Positions 48,650 through 58,725 of a stretch of DNA of 64,000 bases are shown in pieces; within the stretch, counting starts at the first letter, position 1; each line of letters opens with the position of its first letter. Source of the stretch: a virus (taxonomy: Duplodnaviria > Caudoviricetes); IMG/VR virus record IMGVR_UViG_3300035520_000529, positions 1 through 64,000 of that record; one strand, 5' to 3'. The notes below the pieces were generated by a model that was given only the letters and a program-made list of their open reading frames with translations, did not search any database and was not told the origin of the DNA. Made by a program: the position numbers and the translations under genes.

Positions 48650-48676
48650 AATCCCCTACCATAATGGTAGGGGATT
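48650..48676. terminator. Bidirectional terminator between convergent operons
   Basis: AATCCCCTACCAT/ATGGTAGGGGATT flanked by A- and T-runs. Confidence 0.8.
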
Positions 48677-48683
48677 AATTTTA

Positions 48684-49913
48684 TTATGTAGTGTACTTAG
48701 CAACATCACTCTTAGATAACCCAAAGTATGTGTAGAAGTCCGTCCACTTAGTGTTGTACTTCCAAATGGACGAGTTACCACGGATTTCATCACCACGATA
48801 CTTTGAACCAGTACGCACATCTACATGGGTGGCTTGATACTTACTCGAAATGTTCGCAACACCGCCAAAGCCTAAGTCACTAGCTACACAGCACACAATC
48901 TTAGCGGAAATGACACCACTAGAGTTTTTGCAAACTATGTCACTAGCCTTGCCTAAAACGTGCTGACCGCTACCCGAACCACCTACAGCCTTATCGTGGA
49001 CTGATGTTCTGTAGCCACTATTAACAGTGATTGAAGTGCATTTCAAAGTATCAAACAACTTTTCTAACATTTGCACCAAATCATAGGATATTAGCACGTT
49101 ATCGGAGTAGAGGTTACTACCGCTAATACTTGCGAACTCCTTAACTTGGAAATGCTTAGATACGTATGTGTTGCCGTCCTTAGCATAGCTAAACGTCTTA
49201 ACGCCCTCCCATGTGGGATAGCTTGTACTTGATGTTGTAGCGGTTACTGTTATGCTAGTAGTATCGCCATAGCCGTTAAGCTTTTTGGACTGTATCAAAG
49301 TAGGATAGTCTACATAGCAATAGTCGAGGTCTACGTTTCCAGTAATGCCACTAACAGAACCCTTTTCGGAATATTGCCAAACGCCATAGCTACCAGTGTA
49401 TGAACACGCATTAGCGTAGTTTGCTACCCATAGGGCATACCTAGATTTTATGGTATCAGTGTAGTAGTTTGTTAGATAGTTAGGGTTTGCGTAGAAACCA
49501 GCCCACCATCCTTGCGACTCACAGTACTTGCAGAACGCATTCGTCATATCGGAAACTAGTTGCTTAGTGGCTTTGATTCCGTAGGTCTTCTTGATGTATG
49601 TACAACTTTCATCTTCCCAGTCATAGTATACTGGTAGGTCTATCTTGCCACTATACTGGGATATGGTATCTATGCATAGCTTGGCTTCTTTCTGGGCTTG
49701 TGCCACAGTAGAAGCGTATCCAAACCAGTAAATGCCGATATGTAACCCTTGCTCAATAGCACCTTGCATATACTCATGGAGCTTCGTATCCACGTTAGAA
49801 TTTCCGTATCCCGCACGGATAATTACACCTTGTACACCACTATCTTTAACCTTAGCAAAGTCCACAGTGCCGTTGTGGTGCGATAGGTCTATAAGTTTGT
49901 ATTTAACTTCCAT
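48684..49913 (-). CDS. Endolysin: GH25 muramidase + peptidase M15 domain
   Basis: IDLSHHNG, YYDWE, WQYS, VDLD; then SGYR, QH..G.ASD, HVD.R. Confidence 0.9.
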   Translation of the reverse strand: MEVKYKLIDLSHHNGTVDFAKVKDSGVQGVIIRAGYGNSNVDTKLHEYMQGAIEQGLHIGIYWFGYASTVAQAQKEAKLCIDTISQYSGKIDLPVYYDWEDESCTYIKKTYGIKATKQLVSDMTNAFCKYCESQGWWAGFYANPNYLTNYYTDTIKSRYALWVANYANACSYTGSYGVWQYSEKGSVSGITGNVDLDYCYVDYPTLIQSKKLNGYGDTTSITVTATTSSTSYPTWEGVKTFSYAKDGNTYVSKHFQVKEFASISGSNLYSDNVLISYDLVQMLEKLFDTLKCTSITVNSGYRTSVHDKAVGGSGSGQHVLGKASDIVCKNSSGVISAKIVCCVASDLGFGGVANISSKYQATHVDVRTGSKYRGDEIRGNSSIWKYNTKWTDFYTYFGLSKSDVAKYTT

Positions 49914-49927
49914 AATGTCAATCCTTT

Positions 49928-50269
49928 CTATTCCGTATCATTTCGGAACTCTTCCAAAATGCTTTTTAACTTTTTGGGGAGAGGTACTCCCAGTTTGCCT
50001 ACATTTTCTGTAATGCTTATTGCCTCGTTGAAGATAGCCCATGTACACACCATCGTGTATAGTACATCCTTGCCAAAATAGATTCTATCAATAGTGGAAC
50101 ACATTACTATTATTAGCATGATTAGATACTTTTTGTATAGCCCTTTAGTCATTACAGCACTCTTTAATGTGTGACGTTTGGTGGCTTTTAGTACTCCAGT
50201 TAGCACATCCAAGCAGATAAGCACAAACACTAGGTATATTAGCTTGTTGATAATTAATAAATCGCTCAT
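49928..50269 (-). CDS. Phage holin (holin_4 type)
   Basis: D.LTG..KA, GL.KK, NE.ISI.EN..KLGVP.P. Confidence 0.9.
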   Translation of the reverse strand: MSDLLIINKLIYLVFVLICLDVLTGVLKATKRHTLKSAVMTKGLYKKYLIMLIIVMCSTIDRIYFGKDVLYTMVCTWAIFNEAISITENVGKLGVPLPKKLKSILEEFRNDTE

Positions 50270-50287
50270 GTAATCATCCTCTTAGTA

Positions 50288-51076
50288 TTAGTATGTGTAG
50301 TTATACCTTATTGTGGCACTAGTTAGAGGTGTGTTGCCAGTGCTACTAATAGAAATATTACTCCATTGAGCTGATGTACCAGCATAATAAACGTTTTTGA
50401 GCGAGGTAGATAGATAAAAAGCATAGCTATCAATAACAGAAATAGTGTTAGGTATGTATATACTAGTTAAGCTTGTACACTCTGAAAAAACATTTTTTGA
50501 AATAGAAGTAACACCGCTAGGAATCTTTATAGTAACTAAGCTTGTGCAACCATTAAAAGCACCACTACCAATACTTGTAACACCACTGGGAATAACTACA
50601 CTAGTTAAGCTTTCACAACTAGAAAAAGTGTTTTGTTTAATGTATGTGACACCATTTGGGATAATTGCATTAGTTAAGCTTTTGCAACCACTAAAAGCAT
50701 ACTCATCAATAGAAGTAACTGTGTTAGGTATGTCTATATTAGTTAATTTTGTGCAAGATGCAAAGGCTCTATTACCAATAGAAGTAACACCATTAGGAAT
50801 AGTTATACTAGTTAAACATGCATAATTTAAAAAAGCATAACTTCCAATAGAAGTAACACCATCTGGAATATTAGCTTCTATACTAGCACCCGTTAACGTA
50901 CCGCTACTATCAATAGTGTACTCAAAGCCCCCACTAGCATCTATATTTTGCAACTTACTCACAAGGCTATCGAAACTTTCGCTTTTGGAAGCTTCCACAT
51001 CAAAGGAATTAAGCTTGTCTACAAGATCGCCTTTAATGGCAACCAACTTTTCTAAATATTCAGCAATAGTTTGCAT
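50288..51076 (-). CDS. BspA-type leucine-rich repeat protein
   Basis: About seven 23-aa C..LT.I.IP.GVT.IG..AF repeats. Confidence 0.88.
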   Translation of the reverse strand: MQTIAEYLEKLVAIKGDLVDKLNSFDVEASKSESFDSLVSKLQNIDASGGFEYTIDSSGTLTGASIEANIPDGVTSIGSYAFLNYACLTSITIPNGVTSIGNRAFASCTKLTNIDIPNTVTSIDEYAFSGCKSLTNAIIPNGVTYIKQNTFSSCESLTSVVIPSGVTSIGSGAFNGCTSLVTIKIPSGVTSISKNVFSECTSLTSIYIPNTISVIDSYAFYLSTSLKNVYYAGTSAQWSNISISSTGNTPLTSATIRYNYTY

Positions 51077-51079
51077 TAG

Positions 51080-53284
51080 CTACCCTCCATTCACTATATT
51101 ATCTAATGCGGATTGCACATCGCCTAGGGTGGTAGTAATATCATCAATAGCGGACTTTACTACCTTATTCTGCACTGCATTGGTAGACGTGTCGCTAAGT
51201 GCGGAATCGAATCCTAATTCTACAGTATTAGACAACTTATTCATGTGACTTTCAAGATAGTTTAACTCATCTACAACAGTAGCAAAACCATTTACAGATT
51301 TCAACACAAAGTTAGTAATAATGTTTTCCTCATCATCTGTAGTTTGATATGCTACATCATAAGTAGTAGATGGATTCAACGTATAGAGGTAACCCTCAAT
51401 CTTACCAGAAGACACTGTTAGTAGCTCATCGTTTATGGTTATGGTGTAGTTATCGTCACTAGCAGTAAAAGAGTATTTAACTAGTTTAGTATCCGCATTA
51501 GTAATAAAAGTAGTGTTTTCAGTTTGAGATAGTTTATCTTGAGATAGTAGCACTATGTTCTCATCCTCGGAAACTTCAAAGTCTCCCAAAGTAGATAAGT
51601 CAACTTTAGTTTCCAAAGCAGAATAAACTCCACCACTAGTTACTAAATTTTCACTAAGCCTAGTAGGAGTTTTGTCAATTTCTTTGTCAAACTTGTAATT
51701 TAGAAGTTCCCAACCATTTTCGTTATGGATATAGTACTGAGTAGAACTTTCTGCACCAGTAACTACATAGATAACACCATCAATTATGTCTTTTTTAGGT
51801 AGTTCATCCACTGCAATCCTTTTTACATAGTCCAAATTGTCTAAAGCTAAGCAATCTATAGTACCCTCAACTGATAGATTACCCATAATGAATGTGTTAC
51901 CATTCCAGTCTATGGTTAAAGCGTTTGAACGTGTAATTGTATTCTCATTAGTATCTTCATTAGTTTCTTTAGTGCCATTACCAATAATGAATGCATATTG
52001 GTTATTTTCATCCGATAGATTATAACGTCCTATAGTGGTTTGTGCTTCACCATTTGCTATAGTTCCAATACCACTACTATGAGAATAGTGTGAAATTGCT
52101 TGTGTATTATAGCCCTCAGCGTGTGATGATAGACCATTTGCAATACAACCAGTACCCTCAGCATGAGAACCCTCACCTATAGCTTGTGTATAGATGTCTC
52201 CCAAGTTACCATTATTCTGTGTAGGAATAAAGTAGCCCTCAGAGTGAGAGCCTAAACCCGAAGCTATTGAAGAATATCCCTCAGCATGAGACTGTGCGTT
52301 GGTAGATTGTGTATAGAAGCCCTCCGCATGGGAGTAGTCTCCTAACGCTTTAGAGCCTATTCCCTCAGAGTGGCTGTTATCACCTATAGCAACAGTATGG
52401 TAGCCCTCAGCGTGAGAATGACTACCTATTGCAACAGAACTATTTCCCTCTGAGTGGGTACACGTACCAATAGCATATGTATTAGCACCCTCACTATGTG
52501 CATTTGGAGCAGAGCCATCATTTATACTAGTAATGTCTTCTAATGTAGTACCCCACGTTGTAAGTAGCTCATCGGATATTGTTAAATCGTCAGAAAATCC
52601 AGACACTGTTTTATAACCCTCTGCGTGTGAGTTACTAGAGTGTGTAGTAGTTGAAGCACCCTCAGTATGTGAGGTGTTACCATAGGCAATAGTGTTACTG
52701 CCCTCTGCATGAGAGTACTTTCCTAGTGCAACGTTTAAGTTTGAATCTGCGTTGTTGCGTTGAGAAACGTTAAAGACTTCTGCTCCAATATTAGCTGTTT
52801 TAGATATACCACTTACATTATAACTTTTTCCAGTAATATCTGCACCTGCACCATATATAGTACCATCCTCTTTTTCTAGAATGGTAAAATCATCAATTTT
52901 TACACCGCCAAGTGTAGTACTTGTTGCAATTGGTAGAGTGTAAGTATCTACTAGGTCAGTAACTAGTATATATATGTGTTTGTTGTTGGAATTAGCTATT
53001 ACCAAATCAATATATTTATCTCCAATATTATATCCATCTACTGGAGAATTATCTTCGGTACATTCTTCTACTGAACCACTTTCTACTACTAAATCTTTAG
53101 GAATGTTTATCTTTTCACCGATAGCAACGTCATTGTTATATAATTGATATGTAGTAGAATATCCATCTTCAGCAGTGTCTTGCTTTTTGATAGTATAGTT
53201 TATCGTTTCTAATGAATCTCTTGCTACAGTGTCTCTAATATCTAACTTTTCACCATTTAGATTAATATGCGAAACCCATGACAT
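51080..53284 (-). CDS. Tail fibre/adhesin with YadA-head-like repeats
   Basis: Tandem 14-aa SHAEG..T.A.G repeats; YTLP.AT..TLGGVK. Confidence 0.8.
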   Translation of the reverse strand: MSWVSHINLNGEKLDIRDTVARDSLETINYTIKKQDTAEDGYSTTYQLYNNDVAIGEKINIPKDLVVESGSVEECTEDNSPVDGYNIGDKYIDLVIANSNNKHIYILVTDLVDTYTLPIATSTTLGGVKIDDFTILEKEDGTIYGAGADITGKSYNVSGISKTANIGAEVFNVSQRNNADSNLNVALGKYSHAEGSNTIAYGNTSHTEGASTTTHSSNSHAEGYKTVSGFSDDLTISDELLTTWGTTLEDITSINDGSAPNAHSEGANTYAIGTCTHSEGNSSVAIGSHSHAEGYHTVAIGDNSHSEGIGSKALGDYSHAEGFYTQSTNAQSHAEGYSSIASGLGSHSEGYFIPTQNNGNLGDIYTQAIGEGSHAEGTGCIANGLSSHAEGYNTQAISHYSHSSGIGTIANGEAQTTIGRYNLSDENNQYAFIIGNGTKETNEDTNENTITRSNALTIDWNGNTFIMGNLSVEGTIDCLALDNLDYVKRIAVDELPKKDIIDGVIYVVTGAESSTQYYIHNENGWELLNYKFDKEIDKTPTRLSENLVTSGGVYSALETKVDLSTLGDFEVSEDENIVLLSQDKLSQTENTTFITNADTKLVKYSFTASDDNYTITINDELLTVSSGKIEGYLYTLNPSTTYDVAYQTTDDEENIITNFVLKSVNGFATVVDELNYLESHMNKLSNTVELGFDSALSDTSTNAVQNKVVKSAIDDITTTLGDVQSALDNIVNGG

Positions 53285-53301
53285 ATTCTTTCACATCCTT
53301 T

Positions 53302-54618
53302 CTAATATATTTCTTCATCATCATCAGCAAATATATACAATGTATCCTCATCTACTGTATTGCTTTCAACTAGAGCATTCCACTCATCTTGTGTTATGAC
53401 TTGATAACACTTGAAATGTGTAGTAGTAGAATTACTATTGCTCTCACTATTACCACCATTTGAATTAATGTATAACGTTTCTTCATCTTCTACATACCAA
53501 ATAGATGGGAGTAGTTGGTCTACTTCTTCTTTAGTGTAGTAGTTTTGGAAAATTGCTGTGATTTGGTTGATAGTATAGTAGTTTTGCAAAATTTCAGTAA
53601 TTTGTGTAATGGTATAGTAGTTATTAGTTAAGATATTATTAATTTCCTCGTTAGTGTAATAATTTTCCAAAATATTAGTTATTTCTTCTTTGTTGTAGCA
53701 ATTTTCAAAGAATTGGTCTATTTCTACTTTGGTGTAGTAATCATTGATTATTTCGATTAGCTTTTCAGTAGTAACATACTTTTCTAGTATCTTTTCAATT
53801 TCTTCTTTAGAATAGTAGTTAGATAGTAGTTCAATAATTTCTTCTTTTGTATAGTACTTTTCAATAAGTTTGAGTAGTTCTTCAGTAGTAGTATACTTTT
53901 CAAATAGTTTATCTATTTCTTCTTTAGTATAATATTTAGACAATAATTCTGTAATTTCTACCTTAGTATAGTAATCCTTGAGAATTTCAATTAACTCCTC
54001 TTTGGTGGTGTATTTTTCTAGGAGTTTATCTATTTCCTCTTTAGTATAATACTTAGACAATAACTCTGTTATTTCCACCTTAGTGTAGTAATCCTTAAGG
54101 ATTTCAATTAGTTCTTCGGTAGTAGTATACTTTTCTAATAGTTTGTCAATCTCTTCTTTAGTATAGTAGTTGCTTAAAAGTTCGATGATTTCCACTTTTG
54201 TATAATACTCTTTAAGGATTTCGATAAGTTCTTCTTTAGTTTGATACTTTTCCAAAAGCTTGTCTATTTCCTCTTTAGTATAATATTTAGATAGTAGTTC
54301 GATAATTTGCACTTTGGTGTAGTACTCATTAAGAATCTCAATTAACTCTTCTTTGGTTTCATATTTTTCTAAAATTTTGATAATTTCATCCTTAGTATAA
54401 TAATTGGATAAGTCTATATCTATACCAGAACCTCCACCAGTGCCACCAGTACCACCTAATTGAATATACTTGTTATCGTTCCAAATGTAGATAATCTTAG
54501 TACTCAAATCCACATATATTAGCGAAGAGTTTCCCTCTGTAGGAAACTCCTCACTAGTTGCATATTTTTTAATAGCACATTTGCACTTAAGCAATGCGTA
54601 TAATATTAAATTGCTCAT
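53302..54618 (-). CDS. Tail fibre stalk/adaptor with ~23 YYTKEEI 13-aa repeats
   Basis: Repeat visible in the translation; C-terminal T..EW.AL....DE.TLY.F motif. Confidence 0.75.
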   Translation of the reverse strand: MSNLILYALLKCKCAIKKYATSEEFPTEGNSSLIYVDLSTKIIYIWNDNKYIQLGGTGGTGGGSGIDIDLSNYYTKDEIIKILEKYETKEELIEILNEYYTKVQIIELLSKYYTKEEIDKLLEKYQTKEELIEILKEYYTKVEIIELLSNYYTKEEIDKLLEKYTTTEELIEILKDYYTKVEITELLSKYYTKEEIDKLLEKYTTKEELIEILKDYYTKVEITELLSKYYTKEEIDKLFEKYTTTEELLKLIEKYYTKEEIIELLSNYYSKEEIEKILEKYVTTEKLIEIINDYYTKVEIDQFFENCYNKEEITNILENYYTNEEINNILTNNYYTITQITEILQNYYTINQITAIFQNYYTKEEVDQLLPSIWYVEDEETLYINSNGGNSESNSNSTTTHFKCYQVITQDEWNALVESNTVDEDTLYIFADDDEEIY

Positions 54619-54629
54619 AAAATATCACC

Positions 54630-54899
54630 TCAAGTTGTAGTGGTAGAATTATTACAGCAACAATCACAACCTAATTCAACCCATCCATCCTTGGTCAATA
54701 TAAACACTTGTGATGTTTTCATTATTAGACACACAGAACCTAATGATGGAATATGTCCTTTACACTCATCCGTTTTACCTTTAACCAGTACACCATTTTT
54801 ACGAGTAGGCAAAAGTTCTAAATCAGAGAGACTGTCTACGCAATATTCATACGCATTAGTAGACGTTCTGTGTCCCATTACTATTAAACTACCAGCCAT
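54630..54899 (-). CDS. Small tail-associated protein
   Basis: GAAAGGA RBS; D...DL..LP...GS.C pattern in the tail cluster. Confidence 0.6.
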   Translation of the reverse strand: MAGSLIVMGHRTSTNAYEYCVDSLSDLELLPTRKNGVLVKGKTDECKGHIPSLGSVCLIMKTSQVFILTKDGWVELGCDCCCNNSTTTT

Positions 54900-54932
54900 T
54901 GGTTAATCAAATCCTTTCTAAATACTTAATTA

Positions 54933-57900
54933 TTAATTAGCAGTTTCCCAGTCAAATAAGTCTGTAAACGTAGTTGTTTTATCGTTACAGATTATTTTAT
55001 TCGCACCAATACTTCCTATATTATATCTGCTTGATGTCTTATACGTTCCATCATCAAGATATATATACCATTGCACAGGTGTATTATTTGGTTCACTTGG
55101 AACATGAGGTAAACGTACATCATAACTAGTAACTAATTTAGCACCCAAATCTATACCATAATCCTCAGATATTTTTTCTTCTTTATTTACTAAATACGCG
55201 TAAGTTGGTCTAAAATAGGTTTCATTTATAGGGTAGCTATATATTAATGAATACGTTTGATTTAATGCGTTTTTAATATCATCATAATTGCCTTTATAAT
55301 GAATAGTGTCTAGTGCATCCATTAATTCAAACTTTACTTTATATAAATTTTCAACGTCTATTTCAAAATTTTCTTTAAATCTTGAAGAAGCACTTATAGT
55401 TAAATCTAACTTGTAATCTTGAATAATATGCTTATCACTGTTAACACTCTCGTCTATTCTATAGAATAAACTTTCACCAATTTTAAAGTTACGCATTATA
55501 AATGGTATGGCTAGTCCTTTAATTGCAGTTTCATTCGTACCATAAGGTTCTGTTACTATAATTTGTCTAGTGGGTCTATAATAATTAGAATTATGAGTTG
55601 CTGTTAAGGACTCTGCCAATATGGCACCATCATATACATTTATATTATCTGGAAACGTATAAGTTTGCGTAACTTCATCATATGTATAGCGATAGACATT
55701 ATCAGCATTTTCTAATAATTTTGATTGAGAAGTAAAATTGATTAAACTACTGAACCATTGTGAATTATGACGGATACTCGCAATTTCACTGCTCGTCAAA
55801 TGTGGGAACATTTCAGTTATATAGTTTGAACCAGAAGTAGTGGTTCTTGGTAAATATCCTCCACTTCTACTCGTTCCAATACTTAATGTTAATACGTCAT
55901 CTTCATCAATTGAGGTGTTTTTACAACCACACGCAGTTATGATAATATCATAATCACCACCAGTCTCATATGTGTGTGATTTACTTATCATGGTTGAATC
56001 TTCATAATCATTTACTAGTTGTGTACCATTAAAACTTCTGCCATGAATTAGTGTGGCATTGTTATTACTACCATAAATTTGTGAATAAAAATTTCCCGAA
56101 CTTGTACTGTATGAACTTAACAAATCGTATCTAATTACTTTCATGGTATCATTGAATGAGTAGATGTCAAAAGTTCCGTCTCCCCAATACACATAACCTA
56201 TTGTGCTTACGCTTTCTTCTCTTATGTACCTATCGCCCTCAAAAGATGAATATTCGCCATATGGAGTATTTTTTTGGTACTTATCATCATCAACACTTTT
56301 ACTAAAAATATTATCTAATATTACAGTAGTGTTGTTATTATATGATATTTCAGAGTTAACGTTTCCATTGGAATCAGTATATGTACATTCAGAGAGATAT
56401 TCTAGAAAATCATCTTGAGATTCAAAGAAATCAGCCGATACTAATCTGCCATCACTACAAGCTGAAAGTGAATACGTTCCACCATTTGGGTCTTCAACAC
56501 TCTTGTATACAGTTGTAGTTTCAATTACGGGGTTTAAGCAAGGCACTCCACGATATGTAAAGTAATGATAATGACCAGAACCCTCAATTACATCTTTTTC
56601 TGTTATAAGTTCAGTGTTAAACATATCAGTAGAACTTGTCCAATCAAAAGCCTCTAATGGTACACTTACAATATAGCTACCATAGTACTGATTTTCATAA
56701 CCACTATCTTCAACAGTAACACCTAAAGTAAGTGGAGAAATATCTTTTCTAATAATTCCATCTTCTACTAATGAATTTCTCTCATCATAGTATGGTCTAA
56801 TATTAACGATTATTTCTTCGTCCCAATTCTTTCCTGCATTAGAGGTATATGTTAATTGAACAGTTTGACCTTCACCAAACTTATACCTAGCGTTTGAGAC
56901 ATTAGGAAATTCATATTTTGTAGTTGTAATAAGTAAATTTTGTTCTTGTTTATCTTGAACTAATTCCTTATTATTGTTATAACACTGATAATGTAACGTT
57001 GCAGTTGGAAAAACCGCTTCACAATTGACATATTGAATCTCTGCCCACAAATATCTAAATGGATACCAATCGAGTTCAGATTCGTTCATTGTCATACTAA
57101 TTTCTTCTAAATAATATATAGGATATTCTATTTTTAAAATATTTCCACTATCGGGAGAAGTATATGTTATCTTCATGGTGTGTTCACCATATCCACTATT
57201 ACAAGGTGTATTATAATATTGTACTTTGTTAAATAAAGAATATGATTCAAGTGTATCACATTCCCATGAATTTAATTTATCTACGGATAAACTTGTTCCT
57301 ACCATTTCACCATCGACTTCATGAAACCAATATACACTAGTTGTAATTTTTTGAGCGAAGTACGTTTCTAAGAATTTTTCTCCTATGCAGTTGTCGGCAA
57401 CCTTTAAATATTCATTAAATTCTTTAGGTTTGTTTAAATTCCAAATAATTTTACTACCTAAAGCCATTTTCCAAATAACATTACTATCCCTGCTTATGTT
57501 TAGATATTTAAAACTAGGCATATGTGAGCCTATTCTCATACTTCTAATTTCTTCACTAGCATCATACCCACCAAATAATACTTTGGCACAAGATGATGAG
57601 TCTATGTGAAAATATGAAGAATTAGTAGTGCCTATTAAAGAATCGTCATCAATATAATAATTTATTTTTTTTAAATTTGAACATCCTACAAACGCACTTG
57701 ATGATTGTTCTTCAAGTGACACTACTGATGGTTTGGTTTTAGAACCAAAATTAACAATTTCTAATCCACTGTTAGAACATGAACTATTTTCTACTATTGC
57801 CATATATGGAACGTTCAATTTTTTAAGATTAGTAGCACCATAAAAAGTACCCGAACTAATACGTTTAAGATTATCATCTAACTCACAGTTTATTAAGTAT

Positions 57901-58133
57901 GAGTTATTTGCACAAAAACCATATCCAATTTGTTCAAAATCAGTAGTGGTAAATGTAACAGTATATGTGCCACCACTTGCATAACTATGTGAACTAGAAC
58001 CATATACATAGTCACTAGTTGTATCATCACCCCAATCTATAGTACCTGTAATTGAATTGCTTGTGGATATAGGTGATAAACTAAGACTAAATGCATCAGT
58101 TGAACTAAATGTAAATTTATTAATCATGCTCAT
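54933..58133 (-). CDS. Large receptor-binding-like protein with PKD-like and LRR segments
   Basis: IDWGD...HSY...G.Y.V and a second WGDG...HTY..GG.Y; short LRR stretch. Confidence 0.7.
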   Translation of the reverse strand: MSMINKFTFSSTDAFSLSLSPISTSNSITGTIDWGDDTTSDYVYGSSSHSYASGGTYTVTFTTTDFEQIGYGFCANNSYLINCELDDNLKRISSGTFYGATNLKKLNVPYMAIVENSSCSNSGLEIVNFGSKTKPSVVSLEEQSSSAFVGCSNLKKINYYIDDDSLIGTTNSSYFHIDSSSCAKVLFGGYDASEEIRSMRIGSHMPSFKYLNISRDSNVIWKMALGSKIIWNLNKPKEFNEYLKVADNCIGEKFLETYFAQKITTSVYWFHEVDGEMVGTSLSVDKLNSWECDTLESYSLFNKVQYYNTPCNSGYGEHTMKITYTSPDSGNILKIEYPIYYLEEISMTMNESELDWYPFRYLWAEIQYVNCEAVFPTATLHYQCYNNNKELVQDKQEQNLLITTTKYEFPNVSNARYKFGEGQTVQLTYTSNAGKNWDEEIIVNIRPYYDERNSLVEDGIIRKDISPLTLGVTVEDSGYENQYYGSYIVSVPLEAFDWTSSTDMFNTELITEKDVIEGSGHYHYFTYRGVPCLNPVIETTTVYKSVEDPNGGTYSLSACSDGRLVSADFFESQDDFLEYLSECTYTDSNGNVNSEISYNNNTTVILDNIFSKSVDDDKYQKNTPYGEYSSFEGDRYIREESVSTIGYVYWGDGTFDIYSFNDTMKVIRYDLLSSYSTSSGNFYSQIYGSNNNATLIHGRSFNGTQLVNDYEDSTMISKSHTYETGGDYDIIITACGCKNTSIDEDDVLTLSIGTSRSGGYLPRTTTSGSNYITEMFPHLTSSEIASIRHNSQWFSSLINFTSQSKLLENADNVYRYTYDEVTQTYTFPDNINVYDGAILAESLTATHNSNYYRPTRQIIVTEPYGTNETAIKGLAIPFIMRNFKIGESLFYRIDESVNSDKHIIQDYKLDLTISASSRFKENFEIDVENLYKVKFELMDALDTIHYKGNYDDIKNALNQTYSLIYSYPINETYFRPTYAYLVNKEEKISEDYGIDLGAKLVTSYDVRLPHVPSEPNNTPVQWYIYLDDGTYKTSSRYNIGSIGANKIICNDKTTTFTDLFDWETAN

Positions 58134-58154
58134 ATTTTATAAACACACCCTTTC

Positions 58155-58709
58155 TTAATACATTTCTTCGTCATCATCTAAAAAGACATAAATCATATTT
58201 TCGTCTACATTTCCATTACTCACAAGTGTACTCCATTCACTTTCGGCAATTAATGTAAAACATTTAGTTACATTACTATCACTATTGTTATTATTATTTC
58301 CACCTTTAGGTTTAGCTTTACCATTTCGCATAGAAATCCAACCATTTGTAGGCGTTTTCCTATACTCTAAATAACCATATTCACCGCTGGAAATTATTTC
58401 ACCGCTTTTATTTAGTGCTTTGAATGGTTCATCGACTTCGCCTAGCAGTGTAGTGACCTGCACATATCCATCATCACCCTCATCGGATAAGAACTTTATG
58501 GGTATTCTATGAACTATTTTAAACTCGTCTAGACATTTGCTTATCATAGTTTTAACAAATTTTTTCAATGTGAGTACAAACAAAACACACTTATATTTGA
58601 TTTCGGCTTGTTCATAGCTACCATTTGTTGTAGAACCACTACTTATATTTACAGTCTTATTTTTAAATGCATTGGGGTTTTCACTAGGTAATTGTGATAA
58701 AATTGCCAT
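58155..58709 (-). CDS. Tail/baseplate adaptor protein
   Basis: C-terminal motif shared with the 53302 protein. Confidence 0.65.
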   Translation of the reverse strand: MAILSQLPSENPNAFKNKTVNISSGSTTNGSYEQAEIKYKCVLFVLTLKKFVKTMISKCLDEFKIVHRIPIKFLSDEGDDGYVQVTTLLGEVDEPFKALNKSGEIISSGEYGYLEYRKTPTNGWISMRNGKAKPKGGNNNNNSDSNVTKCFTLIAESEWSTLVSNGNVDENMIYVFLDDDEEMY

Positions 58710-58725
58710 AAATAATCACCACCTA

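Noticed and set aside
50288-58133. Diversity-generating retroelement or shufflon acting on adhesins
   Set aside because: No reverse transcriptase, no template/variable repeat pair and no invertase seen in this window
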